Source: Elusimicrobiota bacterium
Lineage (GTDB): Bacteria > CG03 > SLGR01 > JAGXOG01
Length of the DNA stretch: 12,847 bases
Direction of reading: 5' to 3'
NCBI GenBank assembly: GCA_051745145.1
Contig: JBNJDT010000042.1
Coordinates: forward strand, 1-12,847
Within the stretch, counting starts at the first letter, position 1. Each line of letters opens with the position of its first letter. This document shows positions 1 to 9,194 of this stretch, one piece after another. A program made the translations under genes and the position numbers. Below the pieces are notes generated by a model. The model saw nothing but the letters and a program-made list of their open reading frames with translations, did no database searches and was not told the origin of the DNA.

Positions 1-57
1 CTTTAGATAATAAAAAAACTGAAAGCGGGATATCCACTTATTTAACTTTCCTGCAAC

Positions 58-86
58 TTGTAAGTATATAAAAAAATTATTATACT
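58..86 (+). promoter_or_regulatory. Putative sigma70-type promoter of the purU-rnf operon
   Basis: TTGTAA (58-63), 17-nt spacer, TATACT (81-86). The purU ATG follows 7 nt later with no Shine-Dalgarno sequence. Confidence 0.6.
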
Positions 87-93
87 TATCCCT

Positions 94-960
94 ATGGACA
101 ATAATGCAGTACTACTAATTTCGTGTCCCGACCGCCGGGGTCTGATTGCCCTAGTTACGGATTTTGTATATAGAAATAACGGCAATATAGAACATTCCGA
201 TCAGCATGTAGACCATTCTACCGAAACTTTTTTTATGAGGATAGAATGGGCCCTGGACGGGTTTAATCTATCTAAAGAGGAAATAAAAAAAGAGTTCTCC
301 AAAATTGCTGATGAATACAGTATGAAGTGGGAACTTTATTTTACAAAAGAGTCTAAAAAAACTGCTATATTTGTCTCCCGGGATTTGCACTGTCTTTATG
401 AACTACTCTACCGCTATGAGTCAGAGCAGTTTAACACGGACATTCCCCTTATAATTTCAAATTATAAAAAAGCGTCCCGGATTGCCGGAAAGTACGGCAT
501 AGATTTTTATTATACACCGACTGACGGCAGGCAGGAAAAAGAGTATGAGGAGAAACAGTTAAGACTGCTGGATAAATACGGAATTGATACGGTTGTTCTG
601 GCCAGATATATGAAGATACTCTCCCCCCGGTTTGTGAATGAGTATCCCTATAATATTATAAATATTCATCATTCATTTTTACCGGCTTTTGTGGGGGCAA
701 AACCTTACGAGCAGGCTCACAGCCGGGGAGTTAAGCTCATAGGGGCAACCAGTCACTATGTCACTAAAAAACTGGATGACGGTCCTATCATAGAGCAGGA
801 CGTAACCCGTATAAGTCACCGGGATTCGGTAAAAGATTTAAAAATTAAAGGTGAGGATCTTGAGAAACTGGTACTTTCCCGGGCCTTAAACTGGCACCTG
901 GACAGAAAAGTACTTATCTACGGCGATGAAGAGAGAAAAAAAACTGTAATTTTTGATTGA
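94..960 (+). CDS. purU: Formyltetrahydrofolate deformylase
   Basis: 288 aa. N-terminal ACT-like segment (LLISCPDRRGLI...FFMRIE) and formyltransferase motifs VLARYMKILS, NIHHSFLPAFVGAKPYEQA, RGVKLIGATSHYVT, LDDGPIIEQDV. Confidence 0.96.
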   Translation: MDNNAVLLISCPDRRGLIALVTDFVYRNNGNIEHSDQHVDHSTETFFMRIEWALDGFNLSKEEIKKEFSKIADEYSMKWELYFTKESKKTAIFVSRDLHCLYELLYRYESEQFNTDIPLIISNYKKASRIAGKYGIDFYYTPTDGRQEKEYEEKQLRLLDKYGIDTVVLARYMKILSPRFVNEYPYNIINIHHSFLPAFVGAKPYEQAHSRGVKLIGATSHYVTKKLDDGPIIEQDVTRISHRDSVKDLKIKGEDLEKLVLSRALNWHLDRKVLIYGDEERKKTVIFD

Positions 961-961
961 T

Positions 962-2224
962 ATGAAAAAAGGGTTAAAAATAAAAGCCAGAAAAAAAACT
1001 ACCAGGTTTAAAAAGATAGAAAATATCCCTGTCCCCCGGGAAGTAGTGCTCCATTTAGAACAGCATATAGGCGCTCCTTCCGAGCCGGTGGTAAGTAAAG
1101 GCGATAAAGTGAAAAAAGGAACTCTGCTGGCAGAAGCGTCGCCCGGTTGTTCGGCGGCCCTTCATTCTCCGATAGCCGGTATGGTAAAAGATATAGGGAT
1201 GTATCCCAGGTATAACGGGCAGATTGCCAAAGCGGTAGTTATAAAAAAAACCGGCGAGCAGGAAGAAGACTTTATGGAACCCGTTGAAGATATTACCCCG
1301 GAAAATATATTTAAAAGGGTTGAAGAAGCGGGAATAGTGGGTATGGGGGGAGCGGGATTTCCCGCCCACGTAAAATTAAAGCCCCCGGTGGATGTAGATA
1401 CTTCTTTTTTAAACGGATGCGAGTGCGAGCCGTATCTTACTTCCGATGAAAAAATCATGGAAGAAGAGGCAAAAAAAATTGTGGAGGGGTTTGATTATAT
1501 AAGAAAAGCCGTGGGTGCTGAAAAAGGCATAATAGGTATTGAAGCGGATAAAAAAGAAGCTATCAGCAGTATGAAAAGTTTTGCCGCCCGCCAGAAGAAT
1601 ATTCGGGTTGAAGTACTTCCCAAGGTTTACCCCCAGGGGTATGAAAAAATGCTAATTACCGAGGTTACCGGCCGGGAGGTCCCTTCCGGCGGATTGCCCC
1701 ACGATGTGGGAGTCTCCGTTCACAATGCAGCAACGTGTATGGCGGTCTACGAGAGCATAGCGTTAGGGAAGCCTCTCATAGAGAGGGTACTTACGGTTAC
1801 CGGAAATAAGATGATAAAAACCGGGAACGTTAAAGTTCCGCTGGGCATATCGTTGGATAAGATTATTAAGTACTATGATTTTCAAAAGTCCGACAAGGAA
1901 TTTGAGATATTTGCCGGGGGCCCCATGATGGGAACTCCGGTGGATTCAGTTGAAGTACCCGTGGAGAAGACTACTTCCGGCATACTTATTAATAATACCC
2001 GGGATATGGGGTCCCGGCCGTGTATAAGATGCGGCAAATGCGTTGAAGTATGCCCTATGGGACTTGTACCCCAGGAGTTAAATAAATATTTTGAAGGGGA
2101 CGATTACGAAAGGATGGAATCGGCCGGTCTGAGTGACTGTATGGAGTGCGGGTGTTGTTCTTACAGCTGTCCTTCAAATATATCCCTTACTTACAATTTT
2201 AAAACTGCAAAAACACAATTATGA
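962..2224 (+). CDS. rnfC: Rnf/Rsx electron transport complex subunit C
   Basis: Motifs QHIGAP, GIVGMGGAGFP, NGCECEPYLTSD, GGPMMG and two ferredoxin motifs CIRCGKCVEVCP and CMECGCCSYSCP. ATG 962 lies 1 nt after the purU stop; an in-frame TTG at 953 is the alternative start. Confidence 0.95.
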   Translation: MKKGLKIKARKKTTRFKKIENIPVPREVVLHLEQHIGAPSEPVVSKGDKVKKGTLLAEASPGCSAALHSPIAGMVKDIGMYPRYNGQIAKAVVIKKTGEQEEDFMEPVEDITPENIFKRVEEAGIVGMGGAGFPAHVKLKPPVDVDTSFLNGCECEPYLTSDEKIMEEEAKKIVEGFDYIRKAVGAEKGIIGIEADKKEAISSMKSFAARQKNIRVEVLPKVYPQGYEKMLITEVTGREVPSGGLPHDVGVSVHNAATCMAVYESIALGKPLIERVLTVTGNKMIKTGNVKVPLGISLDKIIKYYDFQKSDKEFEIFAGGPMMGTPVDSVEVPVEKTTSGILINNTRDMGSRPCIRCGKCVEVCPMGLVPQELNKYFEGDDYERMESAGLSDCMECGCCSYSCPSNISLTYNFKTAKTQL

Positions 2225-2742
2225 AAGATAAAAATTCAAATTTAAATATGATATTAATTTTGACCGGGGTCTGTTTTATCTCGGCCGGAGTTTTAGGTTT
2301 ACTGCATTCGGGAACCCGAAAGAGAATAGAAAAGAACAGAGAACAAAGAATAGAAAAATCCGTATATGAAGTAATACCCGAAATCGAAAGCTATGAGAGA
2401 GCGGAGAAAGATATAGATTTATTTAAAGGAAAAAGCAATGGCCGGGTAGTTGGGTATGCGGTATTAACCGGGGGCATGGGTTTTCAGGGCGAGATCGAAC
2501 TTATAGTCGGGGTGGACAAAAATATAGAAAATATAACCGGGGTCCGGATACTGGAGTCGGTGGAAACTCCCGGTCTGGGGAATAAAATAACCGGACGGGA
2601 TTTTTTAAATCAATTTGAGAATAAAAAGATACCCCCGGAGAAAGAAATTGGCGTAGATACCATAACCGGGGCGACGATTTCTTCACAGTCGGTACAGAGA
2701 ATAGTAAACCAGGCGGTAAATGATGTTAAAGCAATTTATTAA
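2221..2742 (+). CDS. rnfG: Rnf/Rsx complex subunit G (covalent FMN-binding)
   Basis: N-terminal hydrophobic anchor, GFQGEIELIVGVD, ETPGLG, and flavinylation motif DTITGATISS. ATGA overlap with the rnfC stop. Confidence 0.92.
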   Translation: MKDKNSNLNMILILTGVCFISAGVLGLLHSGTRKRIEKNREQRIEKSVYEVIPEIESYERAEKDIDLFKGKSNGRVVGYAVLTGGMGFQGEIELIVGVDKNIENITGVRILESVETPGLGNKITGRDFLNQFENKKIPPEKEIGVDTITGATISSQSVQRIVNQAVNDVKAIY

Positions 2743-3319
2743 AGGGCTCTGGGAAGAAAATCCTGTTTTATGCCAGCTTCTGGGAATGTGTCCTACGCTG
2801 GCTGTGACTACTTCTGCGATAAACGGGTTTTCCATGGGAGCGGCTACAACTTTTGTAGTGGTAAGTTCCGGGATAGTCATATCTCTTTTCAGAAAAGTTA
2901 TACCCGATCATGTCCGGATACCCGTATTTACTATTGTAATAGCCACATTTGTGACCGTTGTTGATATGGTCCTTAAAGCTTATTTTCCGGAAATTTCCCG
3001 GGCCCTGGGACCGTATGTTCCCCTAATAGTGGTAAACTGTCTCATCCTGGGCAGGCAGGAAGCTTTTACGTCTAAAAATCCGGTTCATCTGGCCATAAGC
3101 GATACTCTGGGTATGGGGCTGGGGTTTACCTGGCTTCTGGTTTTACTGGGGTCGGTAAGAGAAATTATAGGTTCGGGGATGTGGATGGGGATGGAAGTTA
3201 TGCCTCCGGGATTCCGGCCGTGGGTAGTTATGGTTTTGCCGGCCGGCGCATTTATAACTCTCGGATTTTTGGCCGCCCTGTACAACTATATCAATCAAAA
3301 ACGGGGGAGTGAAGTATGA
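2720..3319 (+). CDS. rnfE: Rnf/Rsx complex subunit E
   Basis: Membrane protein with ENPVLCQLLGMCPTLAVT, RIPVF, PLIVVNCLILGR, LLGSVREIIGSG and LPAGAF. Start is 2720 or 2723. Confidence 0.94.
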   Translation: MMLKQFIKGLWEENPVLCQLLGMCPTLAVTTSAINGFSMGAATTFVVVSSGIVISLFRKVIPDHVRIPVFTIVIATFVTVVDMVLKAYFPEISRALGPYVPLIVVNCLILGRQEAFTSKNPVHLAISDTLGMGLGFTWLLVLLGSVREIIGSGMWMGMEVMPPGFRPWVVMVLPAGAFITLGFLAALYNYINQKRGSEV

Positions 3320-3903
3320 ATCTGGTTACCATATTTATATCGGCAGTTCTTGTAAATAACTTTGTCCTTTACTATTTTCTGGGAATCTGCCCGTTTTTAG
3401 GGGTTTCCAACCGTATAGATTCTTCGCTGGGCATAGGTATGGCAACAACTTTTGTCATGACCATGACTGCCCTGGTAACCTGGCCTCTGTACTACTATAT
3501 AATTTCTCCAAAGACGGGATTGAATCTTCCGTTTTTAGAATACGTAATTTTTATACTGGTTATAGCCTCTTTAGTTCAGTTTGTGGAGATGTTTTTGAGG
3601 AAAAATTTTGAGAAGCTTTACAAAGCTCTGGGAATATATTTACCCCTTATAACCACCAACTGCGCTATTTTGGGGATGGCCCTGTTTATGGTGCTGAGGG
3701 ATTACAACTACCTGGAAAGTATGGTCTTTGGTTTCGGAGCGGGCGTAGGTTTCACTCTGGTAATTACTATAATGGCCGGAATAAGGGAAGAGCTGGAATA
3801 TGCTCCGGTTCCCGAAGTTTTTAAGGGAGCTCCGGTAACTTTGATTACGGCCGGTCTTCTGGCCCTGGCTTTTATGGGATTTACGGGCATGATTACACCT
3901 TGA
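3316..3903 (+). CDS. rnfA: Rnf/Rsx complex subunit A
   Basis: NNFVLYYFLGICPFLGVS, FILVIASLVQFVEM, LGIYLPLITTNCAILG, AGIREEL, LLALAFMGF. Confidence 0.95.
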   Translation: MNLVTIFISAVLVNNFVLYYFLGICPFLGVSNRIDSSLGIGMATTFVMTMTALVTWPLYYYIISPKTGLNLPFLEYVIFILVIASLVQFVEMFLRKNFEKLYKALGIYLPLITTNCAILGMALFMVLRDYNYLESMVFGFGAGVGFTLVITIMAGIREELEYAPVPEVFKGAPVTLITAGLLALAFMGFTGMITP

Positions 3904-4706
3904 ATTATATAACCGTTTTACACAGCGTTTTAGTTTTTGGGATTATAGGTCTGGCTGCCGGGTTAATCCTGGTAATTTCTTACAGCAAACTTAAGGTAAA
4001 AGAAGATCCTAAAATAAGGAAAATCGGCGAAATTCTACCGGGAATTAACTGCGGCGCCTGCGGTTATGCATCCTGCCATGAGTATGCGGTAGCCGTGGCT
4101 TCCAAAGATGAAACAGTAGATAAATGTGTTGCCGGCGGGGATGAAGTGGCCAATGAGATTGCCGGGATCCTGGGGGTGGAATCGGGATCCGGAAGTCAAA
4201 TTAAAGCAGTAGTAAAATGCGGGGTCCAAAATAGAAAGTACAATGCCCGGTACGGGGGACCTGAAAATTGCGGAGCTGCCGATCTTGTAGGCGGGGGCTT
4301 AAGCTGTAAGTACGGTTGTTTCGGATACGGTGACTGCGTGGATGCATGCCCGTTTGACGCTATTCATTTAAATGATAATAACCTGCCGGAAGTAAATTTT
4401 GATAAATGTACCGGCTGCGGGCTGTGCGTTGAGGCCTGTCCCCGCAATATTATAGAGCTGGTCCAGCCGGAAGACGGAAGGATAGTTTATGTGGGATGTT
4501 CGAATGAACAGAGCGGCAAAAATACCCGCCAGGTCTGCGATTCGGGCTGTATAGGATGTAAAATATGTGAAAAAAAGGCCCCGGAAGGTATGTTTGTGGT
4601 AAAGGATAATCTGGCCGGAGTTGACCACCAGGATAGGGAAGCTGTTGTGGATGAGATAAAATGTCCTACCGGCTGTATATATGAGCTCACAGAAGATAAC
4701 GGTTAA
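3900..4706 (+). CDS. rnfB: Rnf/Rsx complex subunit B (polyferredoxin)
   Basis: TTG start overlapping the rnfA stop. N-terminal TM helix, LPGINCGACGYASC FeS domain, and ferredoxin motifs CFGYGDCVDACP, CTGCGLCVEACP, CIGCKIC. Confidence 0.93.
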   Translation: MNYITVLHSVLVFGIIGLAAGLILVISYSKLKVKEDPKIRKIGEILPGINCGACGYASCHEYAVAVASKDETVDKCVAGGDEVANEIAGILGVESGSGSQIKAVVKCGVQNRKYNARYGGPENCGAADLVGGGLSCKYGCFGYGDCVDACPFDAIHLNDNNLPEVNFDKCTGCGLCVEACPRNIIELVQPEDGRIVYVGCSNEQSGKNTRQVCDSGCIGCKICEKKAPEGMFVVKDNLAGVDHQDREAVVDEIKCPTGCIYELTEDNG

Positions 4707-5076
4707 AGGAAAAGTAACGGGAACCACCGGCGGAAAAGTAAACATTAAAATTTTGAATCCGGACCGTTGTGAAGATTGCGGTATATGTTTAGACAGCGAC
4801 AAAAAACTTACCGTCTCTGCGGAAAACGGATTAAAAGAGGAAGATAGGGTTTCCGTTGAATTTGACTGCACGCTTATGCGAAGGATTATTTTCTGGCTCT
4901 ATTTTGTCCCCGCGTTATTTCTTATAGGAGGTTTTACAGTCGGGTATTTATGGAAAGGCAACCGGGGAGGTTTTGCCGGTGGCGTAATATTTCTGGCGTT
5001 AGGGTATATAGGAGTTAAAAAGGTAACTTCAGGATTTAAAAATAAAATAAAGGTAAGAAAAAATGAAAAAGGATAA
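4681..5076 (+). CDS. RseC/MucC family membrane protein (SoxR-reducing-system RseC family)
   Basis: 131 aa. N-terminal GKV-containing beta region, CEDCGIC cysteine motif, EEDRVSVE, then two C-terminal TM helices starting LYFVPALFLIGG. Adjacent to rnfB. Confidence 0.75.
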   Translation: MSSQKITVKGKVTGTTGGKVNIKILNPDRCEDCGICLDSDKKLTVSAENGLKEEDRVSVEFDCTLMRRIIFWLYFVPALFLIGGFTVGYLWKGNRGGFAGGVIFLALGYIGVKKVTSGFKNKIKVRKNEKG

Positions 5077-6004
5077 AAGGTATTTTAACTATTCCAGATA
5101 TTTAAAAGAGCGGTTTGACGCCAAAGTTTACAAAGTGAGTGTAGATGCAGGTTTCGGCTGTCCAAATCTTGACGGTAAAGAGAGTGAAACCGGGTGTATA
5201 TACTGTGATAACAGGGCATTCAGTTATAATACCGGCGGCAAAGAAAAAACAATTGAAAAACAGATAGAAGACGGGATGAAATTTATGGAAAGCAGATACG
5301 GCGCCGAAAAGTTTATTGTATATTTCCAGGCCCGGACAAATACCTATACCAAACCGGAAATTTTAAGAGAAAAATTAGAAGTTGTAAGAAAATTCGACCG
5401 GGTTGTGGGAATAGCCATAGGTACCCGTCCGGATTATGTCAATGCCGCTATTTTAGATGTAATTGCTGAATATTCTGAAGATTATGAAATATGGATGGAA
5501 TACGGCCTGCAGAGTATTCACGATGAAACTTTAAATAAAATAAACCGCAATCATTCTTACCAGAATTTTATACAGGCTGTAGAACTTACCCGGCACTATG
5601 AAAAATTTAAAATATGCGCCCATATAATACTGGGTCTGCCCGGGGAGTCTAAAGAAAATATGATGGAGACGGCCAAAGAACTGGCCCGGTTAAAACTCGA
5701 GGGGCTTAAAATACATCCTCTGTATGTAATTAAGGGCACGAAATTAGAAGAAATGTATAATGACGGTGCTTTCTCACCTCTTTCAAGTTACGAATACATA
5801 GACATTCTTTCCAGAGTTTTAAGTCTTCTGCATCCGGATACGGTCATCCAGAGAGTTACGGGTACCTGTCCTGAAGAATATCTGGTAGCTCCCGAGTGGA
5901 TAAATGAGAAAAATAAATTACTTAAATCTCTGGACACTAAATTAGAAAAAGACGGATTGTGGCAGGGGAAAGACTACAAATATGTCGAAAGAGACGCCAG
6001 GTAA
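5063..6004 (+). CDS. TIGR01212-family radical SAM protein (YhcC/YtqA-like)
   Basis: [15 protein letters not shown]...GCIYC (CX11CX2C), [47 protein letters not shown]. Confidence 0.9.
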   Translation: MKKDKRYFNYSRYLKERFDAKVYKVSVDAGFGCPNLDGKESETGCIYCDNRAFSYNTGGKEKTIEKQIEDGMKFMESRYGAEKFIVYFQARTNTYTKPEILREKLEVVRKFDRVVGIAIGTRPDYVNAAILDVIAEYSEDYEIWMEYGLQSIHDETLNKINRNHSYQNFIQAVELTRHYEKFKICAHIILGLPGESKENMMETAKELARLKLEGLKIHPLYVIKGTKLEEMYNDGAFSPLSSYEYIDILSRVLSLLHPDTVIQRVTGTCPEEYLVAPEWINEKNKLLKSLDTKLEKDGLWQGKDYKYVERDAR

Positions 6005-7841
6005 GTATAAAATTATCGTTGTCGGGGGCGGACACGGGGGAACCGAAGCAGCTTATATAGGGGCGAAGATGGGGTGCTCCACCCTTCTTATTACTTTTGA
6101 GAAAGATAACCTGGGGATGATGTCCTGTAACCCGGCCATAGGGGGAGTTGGCAAAGGACAGATAGTAAAAGAGATAGACGCCCTGGGAGGGCTCATGGCC
6201 CGGGCCGCCGATTACGGATTGATACATTATAAAAAACTCAATACCTCCAAAGGACCTGCCGTACAGTCTTCCAGAGCCCAGGAGGACAGAAAAAAATATA
6301 AAGAGTATATCTGCCATACTTTAACTAATATTAAAGGTTTAGATATTATGGAGGACGGTGCAGATCAGATAATATATGACGGGGACAGGGCCACCGGAAT
6401 ACTCACTTCTTCGGGCAAAAAAGTATACGCCGAAAAAATCATAGTTACCCCGGGAACATTTTTAAACGGGATGATGCATGTGGGAATGGAAAATTTTGCC
6501 GGTGGGAGAATAAATGAACCTCCGTCGGAAAATTTAGCTGATTCTATAAAGTCGGCCGGGTTTGAAATGATGAGATTTAAGACAGGTACCTGCCCGAGAC
6601 TTGTAGGGGATACTATTGATTTTGAACGGCTGGAAGAACAAAAAGGAGATGATTTTATAGAACCTTTTTCGTGGATGACGGATACGGAACCTGAAAATAA
6701 AATTTCCTGTTATATAACTCATACAAACAAGGAGACCCACAAAATTATAAGAAACGGTTTTGACCAGTCGCCGCTGATGAGCGGTAAAATTGTGGGCACC
6801 GGCGTCCGGTATTGCCCATCGGTAGAGGATAAAATAGAGAGGTTTTCCGGCATAGACAGTCATCATGTCTTTCTCGAACCCGAAGGTTTGGATACCGACT
6901 GGTACTACCCCAACGGAATTTCTACCAGTCTTCCCCGGAAAATACAGGAAGAATTTATCCATACGATTCCGGGACTGGAAAACGTAGAAATAGCAAGGTA
7001 CGGTTACGGGATAGAACACGATGTCGTAGATCCCAGGGAACTCAAACCCACGCTTGAAACTAAGCGGGTGAAAAACTTATATTTTGCCGGACAGATTAAC
7101 GGCACTACCGGTTATGAAGAGGCCGCCGCCCAGGGACTTATGTCCGGAATTAACGCTGTTTTAAGCTGTAAAAATAAGGATTCGTTTATTTTAAAAAGAC
7201 ACCAGGCGTATATAGGTGTTCTTATCGATGATTTAATTACAAAAGGAACAAAGGAACCCTACCGTATGTTTACATCCCGGGTAGAATACCGCTTGAGATT
7301 AAGAGAAGATAACGCCCATTTAAGGTTGTCGGAAAAAGGGTATAATTTAGGCAGTACCTGTGAAAAACTTTTCAAAAGAGTGCGAAGATTTAAAGATAAA
7401 ATGGAAAACGCCCGTAAACAGATAGAGGACATAAAAGTTAAACCGGATACCGAACTTGGAAAAAAACTGGATTTATCCAGCGCCAAATCCGTTAAAAAAT
7501 TACTTAAAAATCCTAAAATTTCCTGGGACGATGTAAAAGATTATCACAATAAACTACAATCTGTACCGCCGGCGGTAGGGCGAGAACTCGATATTCAGGC
7601 TAAATACGAGGGTTATATTAAAAGACAGCAGAAAGAAATAGATAAGTTAAAAAATCTTGAGAAACAAAATTTGCCCTCTGATATACAGTATGAAAAAGTG
7701 GAAGGACTTTCTAATGAAGAGGTTGAAAAACTAAACCGGGTAAGACCGGATAATCTGGCCCGGGCAGCCGGTATTCCGGGAGTAACTCCGGCGGCTGTAT
7801 CAATACTCAGAGTATATCTTAAAGGAAAATCCAGACAGTAA
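5982..7841 (+). CDS. mnmG: tRNA uridine-5-carboxymethylaminomethyl(34) synthesis enzyme MnmG (GidA)
   Basis: 619 aa. FAD-binding [85 protein letters not shown]. Confidence 0.97.
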   Translation: MSKETPGKYKIIVVGGGHGGTEAAYIGAKMGCSTLLITFEKDNLGMMSCNPAIGGVGKGQIVKEIDALGGLMARAADYGLIHYKKLNTSKGPAVQSSRAQEDRKKYKEYICHTLTNIKGLDIMEDGADQIIYDGDRATGILTSSGKKVYAEKIIVTPGTFLNGMMHVGMENFAGGRINEPPSENLADSIKSAGFEMMRFKTGTCPRLVGDTIDFERLEEQKGDDFIEPFSWMTDTEPENKISCYITHTNKETHKIIRNGFDQSPLMSGKIVGTGVRYCPSVEDKIERFSGIDSHHVFLEPEGLDTDWYYPNGISTSLPRKIQEEFIHTIPGLENVEIARYGYGIEHDVVDPRELKPTLETKRVKNLYFAGQINGTTGYEEAAAQGLMSGINAVLSCKNKDSFILKRHQAYIGVLIDDLITKGTKEPYRMFTSRVEYRLRLREDNAHLRLSEKGYNLGSTCEKLFKRVRRFKDKMENARKQIEDIKVKPDTELGKKLDLSSAKSVKKLLKNPKISWDDVKDYHNKLQSVPPAVGRELDIQAKYEGYIKRQQKEIDKLKNLEKQNLPSDIQYEKVEGLSNEEVEKLNRVRPDNLARAAGIPGVTPAAVSILRVYLKGKSRQ

Positions 7842-7869
7842 AAGCTAAATAAATACGGGGTATTTTTTT

Positions 7870-8241
7870 ATTAATAAAAATAATAAAAACAGAGGTAAAG
7901 AAAAGCGTAAGTTTATCCGGGTAAATTACAGTATCCCGGTTACCGTTGAGACATCGGATGTCACCTACCAGACCGGTAAGGGGGAGCTAAAGAATATCAG
8001 CGCAGACGGGGCTATGATAGAAGTACCCTGTAAGTTATGTTCAGGTTTACTTGTAAAAGTTAAGCTGGATATGGAGAAAAAAGTTGAACCCCTTGTCGGT
8101 TATGTTAAATGGCAGAAAAAATACCGGGACAATTACCATATAGGAATAAAATTTGCCGATGATTTTGCCGAACAAAATGACAGAGCGGTAATTACTATTA
8201 CTCAAAAAATTATAGATAAAAATGAAAATCCCAAAAACTGA
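7870..8241 (+). CDS. PilZ-domain (c-di-GMP receptor) protein; start probably upstream of the tracked ATG 8014
   Basis: Frame is open from 7849. It reads ...KEKRKFIRVNYSIPV...GELKNISADGAMIE...VGYVKW...IGIKF, giving the RxxxR and (D/N)xSxxG PilZ signatures, both upstream of ATG 8014. The start at ATT 7870 is inferred. Confidence 0.8.
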   Translation: MNKNNKNRGKEKRKFIRVNYSIPVTVETSDVTYQTGKGELKNISADGAMIEVPCKLCSGLLVKVKLDMEKKVEPLVGYVKWQKKYRDNYHIGIKFADDFAEQNDRAVITITQKIIDKNENPKN

Positions 8242-9175
8242 CAGTGGATTTACTTTAATAGATTTATTATTTATAGGGTATATGGCTGCTCTGGGGGTAT
8301 TGCTTATATTTTTTCACCGGGGGGTAGAATACTGGCCGGTATATATAGCGGCCCACGCGTTAATTATCGTCTTAATAGTTGCGGGAGTACCTTACCTGGA
8401 TAAATCCGAAAACAAAATTGCCCAATTCCTACGGTGGTGGTATCCCATATTTATGTTTACTTTCAACTATAAGGAGATTGGGCGTTTTACCAATATATTA
8501 GTTCCCGGGTGGATGGATGGCGCAATTATGAGTTTTGAGAAATCGCTGTTTGGGGTTCACCCCACCCTGTGGATGGAAAATTTTGTCAATCCCCTGCTTA
8601 CCGAGGTAATGAAATTTAATTATTTTACTTATTATATCATGATCCCCCTGGGTGCAGCAGCTTTGTATTTTTACGGAAAAAGAAAAAATTACGTCCGGTA
8701 TCTTGCTACTGTATGTGTGGCTTTTTATTTATCATACATTGGTTTTATAATTTATCCGGTACGGGGCCCAAGATACGAATTGTATGATCAATATACCTTA
8801 GATTATGAGGTAAATATAAAAGAGTTCTACGGGATTGATGAAGAGGAAAATATAGCCGGAAAAGATACGATGGCTCTAAAAGGTTATTTTTTCACTCCCC
8901 TGCAGGATTCTATAATGAGATACGGTTCGCTTTACGGAGGGTGTATGCCTTCTTCTCATATAGCGGTTGCTTTAGTCTGTACAATATTTATGGGATTGTA
9001 TTTTAGGAAATTATTTTATTTTTATCTTCCTACGATAATACTCCTTTGTATTTCTGTGGTGTATAACAGGTACCACTATATAACTGACGTGGTGGCCGGC
9101 CTGGGTGTGGGGGTGCTGGCTTTCTGGCTGACTTCTTATGGAGAGAAATTATTTAAAAGGTACGGAACTGAATAA
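8222..9175 (+). CDS. PAP2-superfamily integral membrane phosphatase/phosphotransferase (AUR1/IPC-synthase-like)
   Basis: Multiple TM segments, YPVRGPR, catalytic-type motifs MPSSH and RYHYITDVVAG. Confidence 0.85.
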   Translation: MKIPKTDSGFTLIDLLFIGYMAALGVLLIFFHRGVEYWPVYIAAHALIIVLIVAGVPYLDKSENKIAQFLRWWYPIFMFTFNYKEIGRFTNILVPGWMDGAIMSFEKSLFGVHPTLWMENFVNPLLTEVMKFNYFTYYIMIPLGAAALYFYGKRKNYVRYLATVCVAFYLSYIGFIIYPVRGPRYELYDQYTLDYEVNIKEFYGIDEEENIAGKDTMALKGYFFTPLQDSIMRYGSLYGGCMPSSHIAVALVCTIFMGLYFRKLFYFYLPTIILLCISVVYNRYHYITDVVAGLGVGVLAFWLTSYGEKLFKRYGTE

Positions 9176-9194
9176 AAATTTTAAGGCGGGGTTA

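Noticed and set aside
23..39. Imperfect palindrome around GGATATCC upstream of purU
   Set aside because: Only 8 bp are perfect and it matches no regulator consensus I can support.
1055..7486. Antisense and alternate-frame ORFs from the track (e.g. 1055-1369, 1162-1458, 2770-2964, 4368-4871, 5937-6317, 6534-7019, 7259-7486)
   Set aside because: They lie within well-supported genes and show no recognisable motifs; none resembles RnfD.
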